Positions 38,079 through 49,116 of a DNA stretch of 64,000 nt are shown piece after piece. Source of the stretch: Myxococcota bacterium (lineage in GTDB: Bacteria; Myxococcota_A; UBA796; UBA2385); assembly GCA_044344255.1 (NCBI GenBank), contig JBIJDH010000015.1, positions 32,001-96,000 on the forward strand, in the 5' to 3' direction. The notes below the pieces were generated by a model, which ran no database searches, was not told the origin of the DNA, and was given only the letters and a program-made list of their open reading frames with translations. A program made the position numbers and the translations under genes. How positions within the stretch are numbered: the first letter of the stretch is position 1; the number at the start of each line of letters is the position of its first letter.

Positions 38079-38915
38079 TCAGCCCCCGAGCTTGAGGCCG
38101 ATGCTGTAGCCGGACTCCTCGCCGTAGGGCGTGATCTGGAGCACATAGTCGAGGCTCACGGCCGCCGCGCCGACGTCGACCGAGACGCCGGTGAGCCAGG
38201 CGAATTCGTGGCCGAAGCCGAAGCGCTCCTGTTGGGACCAGGCCACCGTCTGGCCCTCCCCGCTGAAGTACCAGGAGGGCTGGAGGCCGCCGTAGACCAT
38301 GAACTGCGGCACGCCGATGCGGGCGATGAGGGGCACGGCCATGCCCGTGGTGGCGTCGAGCTCGTAGCCGCCCACCTTGTACTTCTGCCAGAAGATGTCG
38401 GGGCCGACGGTGGCGCCGATGAACTTGTACCAAGGGCCGATGAAGTTGCCGACCCGCACCTCGGGCCCGGAGATGCCGCTCCCGAAGAAGTAGAGCCCCT
38501 TCACGCGGCCGACGCCGGTGAGGAAGGGGTCGGGCTTCTCCTGCCAGTAGCGGAGGCCCACCTGGCCGCCGAGGCCGACCGAGACGAGGGCCGAACCGTC
38601 GCTGGCGCCCAGCACGCTGGCCTCGACCGCGGGGGCCAGGATCGGCTCCTTGCCCCAGGGGACCTTGGCCGCAGGCGGGCCGGACTCACCGCGGTCGTCT
38701 TTGTCGTCGTCTTTGTCGTCGTCTTTGTCGTCGTCTTTGTCGTCGTCTTTGTCGTCGTCTTTGTCGTCGTCTTTGTCGTCGTCCTCTTCCTCTGCGCCGT
38801 CGTCATCCCCCTCGGCGGCCTGGGCCTGCGCGGGGGAGGGGGCGAGGGCCAGGCCGAGGGCGAGCAGCGGGAGGAGGGCGGCCAGGGCGGGGGAGTCGGA
38901 GAGTCGGGCGCGCAT
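38079..38915 (-). CDS. Secreted / outer-membrane beta-strand protein with (DDDK)7 insert
   Basis: Signal peptide AQA; amphipathic Gly/aromatic beta strands; GGAGG RBS. Confidence 0.65.
   Translation of the reverse strand: MRARLSDSPALAALLPLLALGLALAPSPAQAQAAEGDDDGAEEEDDDKDDDKDDDKDDDKDDDKDDDKDDDKDDRGESGPPAAKVPWGKEPILAPAVEASVLGASDGSALVSVGLGGQVGLRYWQEKPDPFLTGVGRVKGLYFFGSGISGPEVRVGNFIGPWYKFIGATVGPDIFWQKYKVGGYELDATTGMAVPLIARIGVPQFMVYGGLQPSWYFSGEGQTVAWSQQERFGFGHEFAWLTGVSVDVGAAAVSLDYVLQITPYGEESGYSIGLKLGG
38694..38783. repeat. Perfect 12-bp tandem repeat x7.5 encoding DDDK
   Basis: GTCGTCTTTGTC units read directly. Confidence 0.95.
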
Positions 38916-38933
38916 GGCACCTCCGGTAGGCGA

Positions 38934-39767
38934 TTAGGGCTTCTTCAGCGATTCGGGGCGGGCCCGACGGACCCGCGACGTGGCCTTGGGGAGAGCCCGT
39001 TGATCCTGGGCCTCGAGCAGCTTCAAGGTGGCGGCAGCGGCCTCGGCCTCTCCCCGCCAGGCCTGGGCCTCGGCGAGCAGCACGAGCCCCTCTTTGGCGG
39101 CCTCGCTGCCGGCGTGGTCGGCCTGGAGGCCCTGCGCGCGACCCTCGACCGCCGTCCACGCCTTGCGGTTGCGGTAGAAGCGGGCGACCACCAGCTCTTT
39201 CTTGGCGAGGCGCTCCTTACACTCCGTGTACTTCTCGGCGACATCGGCCTTGTGCGCGCTGTCGGGGAAGCGGGTGTCGAAGTTCGACCAGGTGTTGACC
39301 GCTTGGCGGGTCCAGGTCTGGTCGCGGCCGGCGGCGCGGGGGGCCTTCTTGTACACGCTCATCCCGATGCGGAACACGACGTAGTCGAGCTCAGCGTTTC
39401 GGGGGTGCATCCGCATGAAGTCCTCGTACGCGAGGCGAGCCTGGTCCCACTCGGCCTTCTTGTAGTAGACGTCGGCGATGGCGAGCTCGGCCTTGATCGC
39501 GTAGGGGTCGTCCCGGTGATAGTTCCGGATCCGATTGAATTCTTCGAGGGCCTTGACGTAATATCCCCGCTTCAGGTAGCGGAGGCCGAGGTTGTATTGC
39601 TCCTCCACGCTGAGCTGCTTTCGAGCCGCCTGAGCTTCTCCCTCGCTCCAGGACAGGCCTGCGAACACGAGGATGAGGAGGAGGCAGGCCCGGCGGGCCC
39701 AGGACGCCTTGGGTGCGGAGGCGGCGGTTCGAAGTTCGGCGGTTCGATGGGCGGCGAGGCGGGTCAT
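38934..39767 (-). CDS. bamD: Outer membrane protein assembly factor BamD
   Basis: TPR pattern AELAIADVYY..YEDFMRMHP..DYV..RDQT..FPDS..LAKKELVVARFY. Confidence 0.85.
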   Translation of the reverse strand: MTRLAAHRTAELRTAASAPKASWARRACLLLILVFAGLSWSEGEAQAARKQLSVEEQYNLGLRYLKRGYYVKALEEFNRIRNYHRDDPYAIKAELAIADVYYKKAEWDQARLAYEDFMRMHPRNAELDYVVFRIGMSVYKKAPRAAGRDQTWTRQAVNTWSNFDTRFPDSAHKADVAEKYTECKERLAKKELVVARFYRNRKAWTAVEGRAQGLQADHAGSEAAKEGLVLLAEAQAWRGEAEAAAATLKLLEAQDQRALPKATSRVRRARPESLKKP

Positions 39768-39922
39768 GGGGCACTCGTAGCGCGGGGTGGGGACCTCTTG
39801 CAAGCCTCGGGGCGACTCGAACAAGGCGGAGGGGGGGCGTTGCCGAGCCGGAACCGGCGCCTATGTGTTCGGGCGGGCCCAGCTCGGCGCCCTCGCTCCA
39901 CCGCACACCCGCCCAACCTCGA

Positions 39923-41323
39923 ATGAAACGGCCGGCGCTCCTCCTCTCCCTCGTCTCCGTCGGCTTCCTGGTCGGGGTGGCGACCTCGGTCGCGTTCGAC
40001 GCCCAGAGCTCGAACGCCGAACGAGGCGCCGGCGGCACGCCCGAGGCACCGCACCCCGAGGAATTGACGCCCGAGAGCCCTGACCTCCCGTTCAACCCGG
40101 TCCAGGCCCCGATGGGGACGGTCGACCCCATCCGCCGAACGCCGGTGGTGGAGGCCGTGGAGCGGGTCGCCCCGGCCGTGGTCTCCATCACCACCGAGGT
40201 GCCGGTGCAGGACCCCTTCCGGGTCTTCGCCACCGGCCAGAAGAGCGAGTCCTCGGAGGGCTCGGGCGTCGTGATCGCCGCCGACGGCGTGGTCCTCACA
40301 AATTCCCACGTGGTGGAGAGCGCGAGCCGCATCAAGGCCACCTTCGCCGATGGCAAGAGCTACGAGGCCGACGTGCTCGGCCTCTCCCCCGAGCTTGACC
40401 TCGCCGTGCTCCGCCTGCGCGGGGCCAAGGGGCTCACCGCCGTCCCCATCGGCACCAGCGCTGACCTCATGCTCGGGGAGCCGGTGATCGTCATCGGCAA
40501 CCCCTTTGGCCTCGGCCACACCGTCACGACCGGCGTGGTGAGCGCCCTCGAGCGGCCGATCGAGACCGATCGGCGGGTCTACCAGGACTTCATCCAGACC
40601 GACGCCGGCATCAACCCCGGCAACTCGGGCGGGCCGCTGCTCAACGCCCGCGGGTCGCTGGTGGGCGTCACCACGGCCATCCGTCCGGACGCCGAGAACA
40701 TCGGCTTCGCCATCCCGGTGGATCGGGCGATGAAGGTGGCCCGCGACCTCGTCGCCTACGGCACGGTGCAGGTGCCCTGGCTGGGCGTTGACCTCGAAGA
40801 CATCCGCTTCCTCGACGGCCAGCGCCGCACGACGGCCGCCCGGGTGGTGCGCGTCCACCCCGACGGTCCGGCCCTCAAGGCGGGCATCCAGGCCGGTGAC
40901 GTCGTGATCGGCGCCGACGGCAAGACCGTCCAGGGGCGCGGCGACCTCAACACCTTCTTGGCGGCCTTCGACAGTGACCGCGAGCTCCACCTCCAGGTCG
41001 CGCGCGGCGACCGACGCATCGAGGCCGCGGTGCGCACGGGCCACCTGCCCGAGTCGGTGGTCGACGCCGCCATCCGCGAGGGGCTCGGCGTCGAGCTCGC
41101 CGACGACCAGGGTGTGGTCGTGCGGCGGGTCCTCGATCAAGGCGGCTTCTCCCGCATCGGCGGGCAGGCCGGAGATCGCATCATCGCCGTCAACGGACTG
41201 GCGGTGCGTGATGTCGCCGCCTTCCGTGCGGCCGTCCTGCGGGTCAAGAGCGGCCACCGCCCCGAGGCGCTGTTCACCATCCGCCGCGGCGACCGCCAGG
41301 CCTCGCTCACCCTCTCGCTCTGA
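39923..41323 (+). CDS. htrA: HtrA/DegP-family serine protease with two PDZ domains
   Basis: GSGVVI, TNSHVV, DLAVL, IQTDAGINPGNSGGPL. Confidence 0.9.
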   Translation: MKRPALLLSLVSVGFLVGVATSVAFDAQSSNAERGAGGTPEAPHPEELTPESPDLPFNPVQAPMGTVDPIRRTPVVEAVERVAPAVVSITTEVPVQDPFRVFATGQKSESSEGSGVVIAADGVVLTNSHVVESASRIKATFADGKSYEADVLGLSPELDLAVLRLRGAKGLTAVPIGTSADLMLGEPVIVIGNPFGLGHTVTTGVVSALERPIETDRRVYQDFIQTDAGINPGNSGGPLLNARGSLVGVTTAIRPDAENIGFAIPVDRAMKVARDLVAYGTVQVPWLGVDLEDIRFLDGQRRTTAARVVRVHPDGPALKAGIQAGDVVIGADGKTVQGRGDLNTFLAAFDSDRELHLQVARGDRRIEAAVRTGHLPESVVDAAIREGLGVELADDQGVVVRRVLDQGGFSRIGGQAGDRIIAVNGLAVRDVAAFRAAVLRVKSGHRPEALFTIRRGDRQASLTLSL

Positions 41324-41367
41324 GCGAGGCGGGCCCCACCCGCCGCCTCCCGCTCCGCGCTCACCTC

Positions 41368-41395
41368 TCTTCCTCGACGAATCTTCCTCGACGAA
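41368..41395. repeat. Perfect 14-bp intergenic tandem duplication
   Basis: TCTTCCTCGACGAA x2. Confidence 0.9.
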
Positions 41396-41428
41396 CCCTC
41401 GCACCCACCCTCCCAAACCGGAGCCCTC

Positions 41429-41734
41429 ATGGACAGCTCGACCCCCCCGCCCAGCGGACTCTGCGGGGAGGGGCTGCCCTGCAGCTTCTCCCAATTCCTC
41501 GTCAGCATCGGCAGCTCGGCCCTGGTCCACCTCGGTGAGCTCGCCGATCCCGGCACGGGCCGCAAGGAGCGTGACCTGCCGGTCGCCTTGCACTCGATCA
41601 AGGTGCTGGAGCTGCTCCGCACGAAGACCAAGGGCAACCTCGAAGACGGTGAGGCCAAGCTGTTGGACGCCCTGATCGGAGATCTCAGCCAGAAGTACGA
41701 GGCGGGCCGCGCCGCGCCGACCACGGCAGGCTGA
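41429..41734 (+). CDS. DUF1844 family protein
   Basis: FSQFLVSIGSSALVHLG..DP..DL..KTKGNL..E..LL. Confidence 0.85.
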   Translation: MDSSTPPPSGLCGEGLPCSFSQFLVSIGSSALVHLGELADPGTGRKERDLPVALHSIKVLELLRTKTKGNLEDGEAKLLDALIGDLSQKYEAGRAAPTTAG

Positions 41735-41825
41735 CCGGTCCCGCGCAGCGCAGGGCGTGACCCCCGGGGGGATCTCGGGCGGGCCGCTCGCCGGTGGCCC
41801 GTGGAGGTCGGCGGGAGCGTAGCCG

Positions 41826-41855
41826 TTGACAGGGCCGGGAGCTTCGGGCTACCAT
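41826..41855 (+). promoter_or_regulatory. Putative sigma70 promoter
   Basis: TTGACA-18nt-TACCAT upstream of ATG 41891. Confidence 0.55.
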
Positions 41856-41890
41856 CCGCCGGCTCGGCCCCTTCGACGGAGAAGACAGGA

Positions 41891-43021
41891 ATGGCTCGCA
41901 CTGGAACGGCCCGTATCGCTGGTGTTCTTTCTCTCTCTCATCGGTCGAGCGCGCTCCGCCTCGCCTCGCTGTTGGCACCCCTGGCCCTCGCCGCGGCGTG
42001 CGGCGGCGACAAGGGTGAGGGCGATGAGGGCTCCGCAGGCGACGACGGGGGCGCCACGGTGTGCTCCGCCGACCTCGCCTCCACCTTCCCGCTCGACGGT
42101 GCCTCCGACTTCTTCTACTCCTACACCATGGAGTTCAAGTTCTCGGGGGAGGCCGCCGCCGAAGAGGCCGCCGCCGCCTCGGTCACTGTGACGGGCGCCG
42201 CTGGCGATGTCGCTGGCACCACCTCCGTCGAGGGCGCCACCCTCTACTTCACGCCGAGCGCCCCCCTCGCCGCCGCCGCCCAGTACACGGCCACGGTCTC
42301 CTTCTGCGAGGCCACCGACGAGCCCAAGGCGCCGAGCATCAGCTTCTCGACCGGCCCCCTGGGTGACGTCGTCGCCGATCCCGCCTCTCTCGAGGGGCGC
42401 ACCTACACCGTGGCCCTCAGCCAGGCTCGCTTCGTCAAGCCGGAGGGGGTCGCCGATCTCCTGCTCGGCCAGCTCACCAGCGACATCCTCATCGGGGTCA
42501 CGGCCACGGAGGGCACCAGCCTGAAGATGGGCGGGGCGCTCTCCACCGTGATCGGCGGCCCGCAGGACTTCTGCAACCCCTCGATCGACTTCCCCGAGGC
42601 GGCCGACTTCTCCGACAACCCGCTCTTCCAGGTGGGCCCGGCTGACGTCATCATCGCGGCGGCCGGCTTCGACATCCCCATCAACTCGCTCATGATCAGC
42701 GGCGCCTTCGCCTCGGACGGCAGCTACTTCGGCGGCGGCATCCTCGCCGGTCAGCTCGACGCCCGCTCGCTCGCCCCGCTCGTGGCCGAGCTCCTCGGCT
42801 CCGACGATCCGGACGAGATCTGCGTGCTGCTGCAGAGCTTCAGCGTCTCCTGCAACGCCTGCGACTCCGACGGCGCGGTCTACTGCGTGGACGTGTACGT
42901 GGACTCCATCCGCGCCGACGAGAAGGCGGACACCGTCCTCGAGTGTGTCGATGAGCAGGACTGTCACCCCTCGTGCGAGGCCAACGTCTGCGCGGATCCC
43001 ACGGCCGGGTATTGTGATTGA
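41891..43021 (+). CDS. Lipoprotein with Ig-like (Big_5-type) domain and Cys-paired C-terminal domain
   Basis: AAAC lipobox; STFPLDGA..FTPSAPL..YTATV; paralog downstream. Confidence 0.75.
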   Translation: MARTGTARIAGVLSLSHRSSALRLASLLAPLALAAACGGDKGEGDEGSAGDDGGATVCSADLASTFPLDGASDFFYSYTMEFKFSGEAAAEEAAAASVTVTGAAGDVAGTTSVEGATLYFTPSAPLAAAAQYTATVSFCEATDEPKAPSISFSTGPLGDVVADPASLEGRTYTVALSQARFVKPEGVADLLLGQLTSDILIGVTATEGTSLKMGGALSTVIGGPQDFCNPSIDFPEAADFSDNPLFQVGPADVIIAAAGFDIPINSLMISGAFASDGSYFGGGILAGQLDARSLAPLVAELLGSDDPDEICVLLQSFSVSCNACDSDGAVYCVDVYVDSIRADEKADTVLECVDEQDCHPSCEANVCADPTAGYCD

Positions 43022-43055
43022 CCGGGTATTGTGATTGACCGGGTATTGTGATGGA
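43005..43055 (+). repeat. 17-bp tandem repeat x3 containing the stop codon
   Basis: CCGGGTATTGTGATTGA x2 plus CCGGGTATTGTGATGGA. Confidence 0.95.
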
Positions 43056-43184
43056 CGCGCGGGTGGGGAGGGTGACGGGCGGCCGTATTCTTCCTCTCGC
43101 GGCGAATATGCAGGGCCCCATCGTGTTCTAGGGCCTGTCGGAAGTTCTACCGACAGGCCGTCCCATTTCTGGAGGAGACCAACC

Positions 43185-44213
43185 ATGAAGTTCCTGAGCG
43201 TTTCGATTCTCTCTCTCTCCTTCCTCGCCGCGTGTGGTGGGGACAAGGAAGACACGGCGGGCGCGGGTGAAGATGGTGCCGACGGCGCCTCCTGCACCGT
43301 GAGCCTGTCCGGCACCAGCCCCTCGGACGGCGCCTCCGACGTCGCCGGCGCCGGCCCCTTCACCGCCACCCTCTCGGGTGACGACGCCTCCGCCGAGATC
43401 ACCGTCTGGACCGCCGACGGCGCCGCTGTCTCCGGCACCTCCACCGTCTCCGGCTCCACGGTGTCCTTCACGCCCTCGGCCGCCCTCGCTGGCTCGACGG
43501 CCCACCAGCTCAAGGTCACCTGGTGTGACGCGGCGGAGGAGAGCACCATCACCTTCACCACCGCCAATTCCGACCCCGCGGCCGTCACCGAGGGCCTCTC
43601 CTACAAGGTCGACCTCACCACCGCGAACTGGGAGCAGCCCGCGGGCCTCGGCACCATCATCGCCGGCGCCATCACCACCGACATCCTCGTCGGCGTGCTG
43701 GCCGTGGACGACTCGAGCCTCACGCTCGTCGGCGCCACCACCACCGAGCTCGGCGGCCCCCAGGACTTCTGCGCCCAGTCGATCGCCTTCCCGGCCGCCG
43801 ACTGGTCCAGCAACCCCTACTTCTCGGCCGGCCCCTCGGACGTCGCGCTGGTCGTGCAGGGCGTCGCCGTCTCGATCAAGAACTTCAACCTCGCCGGCAC
43901 CTTCAACGGCGACGCCTCGGCGATCGGCGGGGCCCAGCTCTCCGGTCAGATCGACGTGCGCGACATCGCCCCGCTCGTCGAGCCCCTCCTCGGCACCTCC
44001 GATCCCGATGAGGTCTGCGGCGCCCTCGCTGGCTTCGGCGCGTCCTGCGTGACCTGCTCGAGCGACAGCGAGCCCTACTGCATCGACGTGCTGATCACCG
44101 AGATCAACGCCAGCCAGATCTCGGCGACCGTGGAGTGTGTGGATCAGGATGCCTGCCACCCCTCCTGCGCCGAGAGCACCTGCTCCGACCCCAACGAGGG
44201 TGTCTGCGAGTGA
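43185..44213 (+). CDS. Lipoprotein, tandem paralog of 41891-43021
   Basis: GGAGG RBS; LAAC lipobox; shared GGPQDFC, DPDE-x-C, ECVD..CHPSC motifs. Confidence 0.8.
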   Translation: MKFLSVSILSLSFLAACGGDKEDTAGAGEDGADGASCTVSLSGTSPSDGASDVAGAGPFTATLSGDDASAEITVWTADGAAVSGTSTVSGSTVSFTPSAALAGSTAHQLKVTWCDAAEESTITFTTANSDPAAVTEGLSYKVDLTTANWEQPAGLGTIIAGAITTDILVGVLAVDDSSLTLVGATTTELGGPQDFCAQSIAFPAADWSSNPYFSAGPSDVALVVQGVAVSIKNFNLAGTFNGDASAIGGAQLSGQIDVRDIAPLVEPLLGTSDPDEVCGALAGFGASCVTCSSDSEPYCIDVLITEINASQISATVECVDQDACHPSCAESTCSDPNEGVCE

Positions 44214-44264
44214 GCTGAGCGCGAGCGGCGGGGCTGCGGGTCCGCTCGCAGGCCCGCTCCTCCT

Positions 44265-44297
44265 CAAGGGCCGCCTTCGGGCGGCCCTTGTTCGTTT
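44265..44297 (+). terminator. Intrinsic terminator hairpin, possibly bidirectional
   Basis: Perfect 11-bp stem CAAGGGCCGCC-TTCG-GGCGGCCCTTG with UUCG tetraloop, followed by TTCGTTT. Confidence 0.8.
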
Positions 44298-44321
44298 ACC
44301 GTGTTCGTTTGCCGTGTTCGT

Positions 44322-44327
<6 letters not shown>
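44289..44327 (-). repeat. 13-bp tandem repeat x3 containing the rluD-like stop
   Basis: TGTTCGTTTACCG / TGTTCGTTTGCCG / TGTTCGTTTACGG on the + strand. Confidence 0.9.
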
Positions 44328-45323
<996 letters not shown>

Positions 45324-45329
45324 GGCGGC

Positions 45330-46274
45330 TCAGCCTCGGGCGCTCTGGTAGAGGGACATGTAGCCGTCCACGACGCCGCGATCGGCGATCGTGAGCACTT
45401 CGGCGATCTGCTTCATGTAGCCGCGGACAAATGTGGCGGCGGGCAGCTTGTCGAAGGTGTTGTCTTCGATGGCGGCGAGGTAGCGCGTCGAGATGCGGGT
45501 GGCGCGGGCCATGTCCTCGATGCTCATGTGCCGCGCCTCGCGGACCGCCTTGAGGAAGCGACCGTCGAAGCCGTAGGCGCGGATGAGGCGGTCGATCTCG
45601 TCGCCGGGCTCCTCCACCTCGACCGGGGCCTGCGCGCGCGGCGGGGGGCTGTGCCCGAGGGCGGCTGGGCTGCCGCCGTTCAAGAGGCGCAGGCGGCCCT
45701 CGGTGGGCAGCTCGTGCTCTGGGGCCGGCAACGGGGCCTCGGCGGCGCGAGGCAGCGGCATGATCTCCGGGTCGTCGTCGTCCTCCTCGAAGCTGTAGCT
45801 GGCCGTGTGGGAGGGCGGCGGCGGCGGGGGGAGCTGTACGACCTCCGCAGGGGCTCGGCGGAGCGCGGGGACGGTCGAGCGCCGAGAGCCATAGGGTGCC
45901 AGGGGCTCGGGGAGAGGGTCCCCGACGGGGAGGTCGGTGAGAGCGCGCACTGCGGCGAGGGCGGCGTGGGCGATAGGATCTGTGAGGGCGCGGCGGGCCT
46001 GCTCCCACAGGGGCTCGGCGCCCTCGGGCAGGCCCTGGCTGGTGGCGAGCCGGAAGGCGTCGTAGCTGCGGCGGCGCCCGCCGTCGGCCAGCACCTCCAT
46101 CGCCTCTCGGATGTCGCGCTCCTGGCCCTCCAAGATGCGGACGTCGGCGCCCTGACGGCGGGCAGCACGAAGCCTGCGCACGAGCTCGGCGAGCCTGCGC
46201 TGGTAGGCGGTGCGGATCTCCTCCGCGCTCGCCGAGGGGTCTACGCCCAACATCTCGTAGAAACCATGTGCCAT
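45330..46274 (-). CDS. J-like domain (no HPD) plus C-terminal RodZ-type HTH protein
   Basis: FYEMLGVDPSASAEEIRTAY..EVL...RRRSYD; LKAVREARHMSIEDMARATRISTRYLAAIE..FVRGY. Confidence 0.8.
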   Translation of the reverse strand: MAHGFYEMLGVDPSASAEEIRTAYQRRLAELVRRLRAARRQGADVRILEGQERDIREAMEVLADGGRRRSYDAFRLATSQGLPEGAEPLWEQARRALTDPIAHAALAAVRALTDLPVGDPLPEPLAPYGSRRSTVPALRRAPAEVVQLPPPPPPSHTASYSFEEDDDDPEIMPLPRAAEAPLPAPEHELPTEGRLRLLNGGSPAALGHSPPPRAQAPVEVEEPGDEIDRLIRAYGFDGRFLKAVREARHMSIEDMARATRISTRYLAAIEDNTFDKLPAATFVRGYMKQIAEVLTIADRGVVDGYMSLYQSARG

Positions 46275-46285
46275 CGCGGCGCCCC

Positions 46286-47632
46286 CTAACGGGCGTTGCC
46301 CGACTCTGCGAGGGCTTCGCTCAATCGGCGCGACAAGGCGGGCTCCTCGCCGGGGAGGAGGGTGCGGGGGTCGAGGAGCACGGCGCCGCGGGACACTCGC
46401 ACGAGCACCGCGGGCTCCCCCCTCCGGAGGCGGGCCGCGAGGGCGCCGGGGTCGTCGACCCGCAGCGCGACGACGGAGGTCGGCAGGGCCTCGCCGGGCA
46501 GGGCACCCCCACCGGACCACCCGACGTCCGCCTCGACCACGGCGCCGGGGAGGGCGGCGGCGAGGCGCTCGGCCACCCGCCGGCAGTCGTCGGCGCTGCG
46601 GGCGAACATCTGCCGCACCGGGAGCTCGGCCTCCCGCCCCTCGGTGTAGAGGCGGAGGGTGGCCTCGAGCGCGGCCAGCACGAGCTTGTCGAGGCGGAGG
46701 GCCCGGTAGAGCGGGTGCTCCCGCAGCCGGGACACCAGCGCCGCCCTCCCGGCGATGAGGCCCGCTTGCGGACCGCCGAGCAGCTTGTCGCCCGAGAAGC
46801 AGACGAGATCGACGCCGTCGGCGAGGGCGGCCTCCACCGCCTCCTCGGCCTCGACTGCGGCGGGCAGCGGACCGATCAGGCCGGCGCCCAGGTCTTCGAC
46901 GACGGGGACCCCGCGGGCCTGACCGAGGGCGACGAGGGCGCGGCGGTCGGCCCGCTCGACGAAGCCGACCTGCCGGAAGTTGCTCGGGTGCACGCGGAGG
47001 ATGAGGGCGGTCTCTGGGGTGATGGCGCGCTCGAAGTCGCTGACCCGGGTGCGGTTGGTCGTGCCCACCTCGACGAGGCGGGCGCCGCCGTCCGCGATGA
47101 TGTCGGGCACGCGGAAGGAGCCGCCGATCTCGACGAGCTCGCCGCGGCTCACGAGCACCTCCCGGCCCCGCGCGAGGGCGGTGAGCGTGAGGAGCACCGC
47201 GGCGGCGTTGTTGTTGACGGCCAGCGCCGCCTCGGCCCCCACGAGCGCGCACAGCGGCGGGCCCACCCCGGCGAGCCGCCCGCCCCGTTGGCCGCCCTCG
47301 AGGTCGAGCTCGGTGTTGCTGTAGCCGCAGGCCACCGCGTGCACTGCGGCGGCCACCTCCGCGCCGAGCGGGGCGCGCCCGAGGTTGGTGTGGAGGATCA
47401 CCCCCGTGAGGTTGATCACCGGCCGGAGCTTGGGCTGTCGGGCGAGGAGCGCGCGGCGGAGCACGCCGGGGACGGGATCGTCGGGGAGGACGCCCCCGGC
47501 CAAAAGCTTGGCCCGCAGCGCCTCGACCTCGGCCCGACACGCGGCCACCACCACCGCGCGGGGGAGGGCGCCGAGCCGGGGATCGGAGAGGAGGCGAGAG
47601 ACGCTCGGGAGGCGAGAGAGGGGCGTCGACAT
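46286..47632 (-). CDS. selA: L-seryl-tRNA(Sec) selenium transferase
   Basis: [60 protein letters not shown]. Confidence 0.95.
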   Translation of the reverse strand: MSTPLSRLPSVSRLLSDPRLGALPRAVVVAACRAEVEALRAKLLAGGVLPDDPVPGVLRRALLARQPKLRPVINLTGVILHTNLGRAPLGAEVAAAVHAVACGYSNTELDLEGGQRGGRLAGVGPPLCALVGAEAALAVNNNAAAVLLTLTALARGREVLVSRGELVEIGGSFRVPDIIADGGARLVEVGTTNRTRVSDFERAITPETALILRVHPSNFRQVGFVERADRRALVALGQARGVPVVEDLGAGLIGPLPAAVEAEEAVEAALADGVDLVCFSGDKLLGGPQAGLIAGRAALVSRLREHPLYRALRLDKLVLAALEATLRLYTEGREAELPVRQMFARSADDCRRVAERLAAALPGAVVEADVGWSGGGALPGEALPTSVVALRVDDPGALAARLRRGEPAVLVRVSRGAVLLDPRTLLPGEEPALSRRLSEALAESGNAR

Positions 47633-47733
47633 CGGCCGAAGATAGCCCGCCCCTCGGCGGCGGACCGCGGGCGCGATCGACGGTCCGGCGGTCCATCGGT
47701 TATCGAGGGCGGCCCTTGGACTCGGAGATCTCG

Positions 47734-49083
47734 ATGGCGCTCGTCTCTGCGCGCACCATGCCCGGCGTGATGGAGCTGCTCCCCCGGGAGCAGATCGCCC
47801 TTCAGGCCATGCTCGACACCATCCGGCGGAGCTACGAGTCCTTCGGGTTCCTGCCCGTCGAGACGCCTGTGATGGAGTACACCGACGTGCTGCTCACCAA
47901 GAGCGGCGGCGAGACCGAGAAGCAGGTCTACTTCGTACAGTCGACCGGCGCGCTTCAACAGAGCCGAGAGGCGGAGCTCGCCCTCCGCTTCGATCTCACC
48001 GTCCCCCTCGCCCGCTACGTGGCCGAGCACGAGGGGCAGCTCGTCTTCCCCTTTCGACGGTATCAGATCCAGCGGGTCTATCGGGGAGAGTCCGCCCAGC
48101 GTGGCCGCTTCCGCGAGTTCTACCAGTGTGACATCGACGTCATCGGCAAGGACAAGCTCAGCCTCGCCCACGACGCCGAGATCCCCGCCATCATCGACAC
48201 CCTGTTCCGCGAGCTCGACTTCGGGCCCTTCACGATTCGGATCAACAACCGGAAGCTGCTCTCTGGCCTCTTTGAGGACCTCGGGGTCGCGGACGGGGAG
48301 GCCCAGAAGCTCGTGCTGCGGGAGGTAGACAAGCTCGACAAGCGCGGCCGGGACGCCGTCATCGCCACCCTGTCGCGGGAGCCCTTCGGCCTCGACGCGG
48401 GTAAGGTGTCGGCCTTCCTCGACTTTGCGAGCGCGGAGCTCACCAACGCCGAGCTGCTCGACGCCCTCGATCGTCGCGAGAGCAGCAGCGCGCGCTACCG
48501 ACAGGGGGCGGCGGAGCTGCGGCAGGTGATGGAGCAGATCAGCCTGCAGGGCGTCCCCGAGGACAACGTCCGCATTGACCTCACCATCGCCCGCGGCCTC
48601 GACTACTACACCGGCACCATCTACGAGACCGTGCTCCGCGACCACCCGAAGGTTGGGAGCGTCTGTTCGGGCGGGCGGTACGATGACCTCGCCAGCTTCT
48701 ACACCAAGTCGAAGCTGCCCGGCGTGGGCATCTCCATCGGGGCCACGCGGCTCTTCGATCAGCTCCGCGCCGTCGGCCTCATCGAGACCAGCGGCACCGG
48801 CCAGGACGTGCTCGTCACTCGCTTTGACCCCCGCTATCAGGCCGACAACCTGCGGATCGCCGCGGCCCTGCGCGCCGCCGGTCTGCGGGTGGAGGTGGTC
48901 CATGAGGACTGGTCGCCGAAGAAGCAGCTCCAGTACGCGAGCCGCCAGGGCGTGCCCTTCGTGCTGATCCAGGGAGAGTCCGAGGCCGCGGAGGGCGTGG
49001 TCTCGGTCAAAGACATGCGCAGCGGCGAGCAGCAGAAGCTGCCGGTCGAGGGGCTCCCGGGCTTGATCCGAGCGAGCCTGTAG
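47734..49083 (+). CDS. hisS: Histidine--tRNA ligase
   Basis: [48 protein letters not shown]. Confidence 0.95.
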   Translation: MALVSARTMPGVMELLPREQIALQAMLDTIRRSYESFGFLPVETPVMEYTDVLLTKSGGETEKQVYFVQSTGALQQSREAELALRFDLTVPLARYVAEHEGQLVFPFRRYQIQRVYRGESAQRGRFREFYQCDIDVIGKDKLSLAHDAEIPAIIDTLFRELDFGPFTIRINNRKLLSGLFEDLGVADGEAQKLVLREVDKLDKRGRDAVIATLSREPFGLDAGKVSAFLDFASAELTNAELLDALDRRESSSARYRQGAAELRQVMEQISLQGVPEDNVRIDLTIARGLDYYTGTIYETVLRDHPKVGSVCSGGRYDDLASFYTKSKLPGVGISIGATRLFDQLRAVGLIETSGTGQDVLVTRFDPRYQADNLRIAAALRAAGLRVEVVHEDWSPKKQLQYASRQGVPFVLIQGESEAAEGVVSVKDMRSGEQQKLPVEGLPGLIRASL

Positions 49084-49116
49084 GCCGCCCCGAGGCGGTG
49101 AGAGGGGGCCCGGCGC

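Noticed and set aside
38694..38783. (DDDK)7 resembles FLAG/enterokinase tags
   Set aside because: No DYK or vector context; it lies in a native gene and fits the local acidic-repeat pattern
43005..43055. Short repeat arrays as CRISPR or iterons
   Set aside because: Units are contiguous with no spacers, 12-23 bp long, and there are no cas or rep genes
47633..47733. GC-rich inverted repeats beside selA as possible tRNA-Sec
   Set aside because: No cloverleaf, TCA anticodon arm or T-loop found
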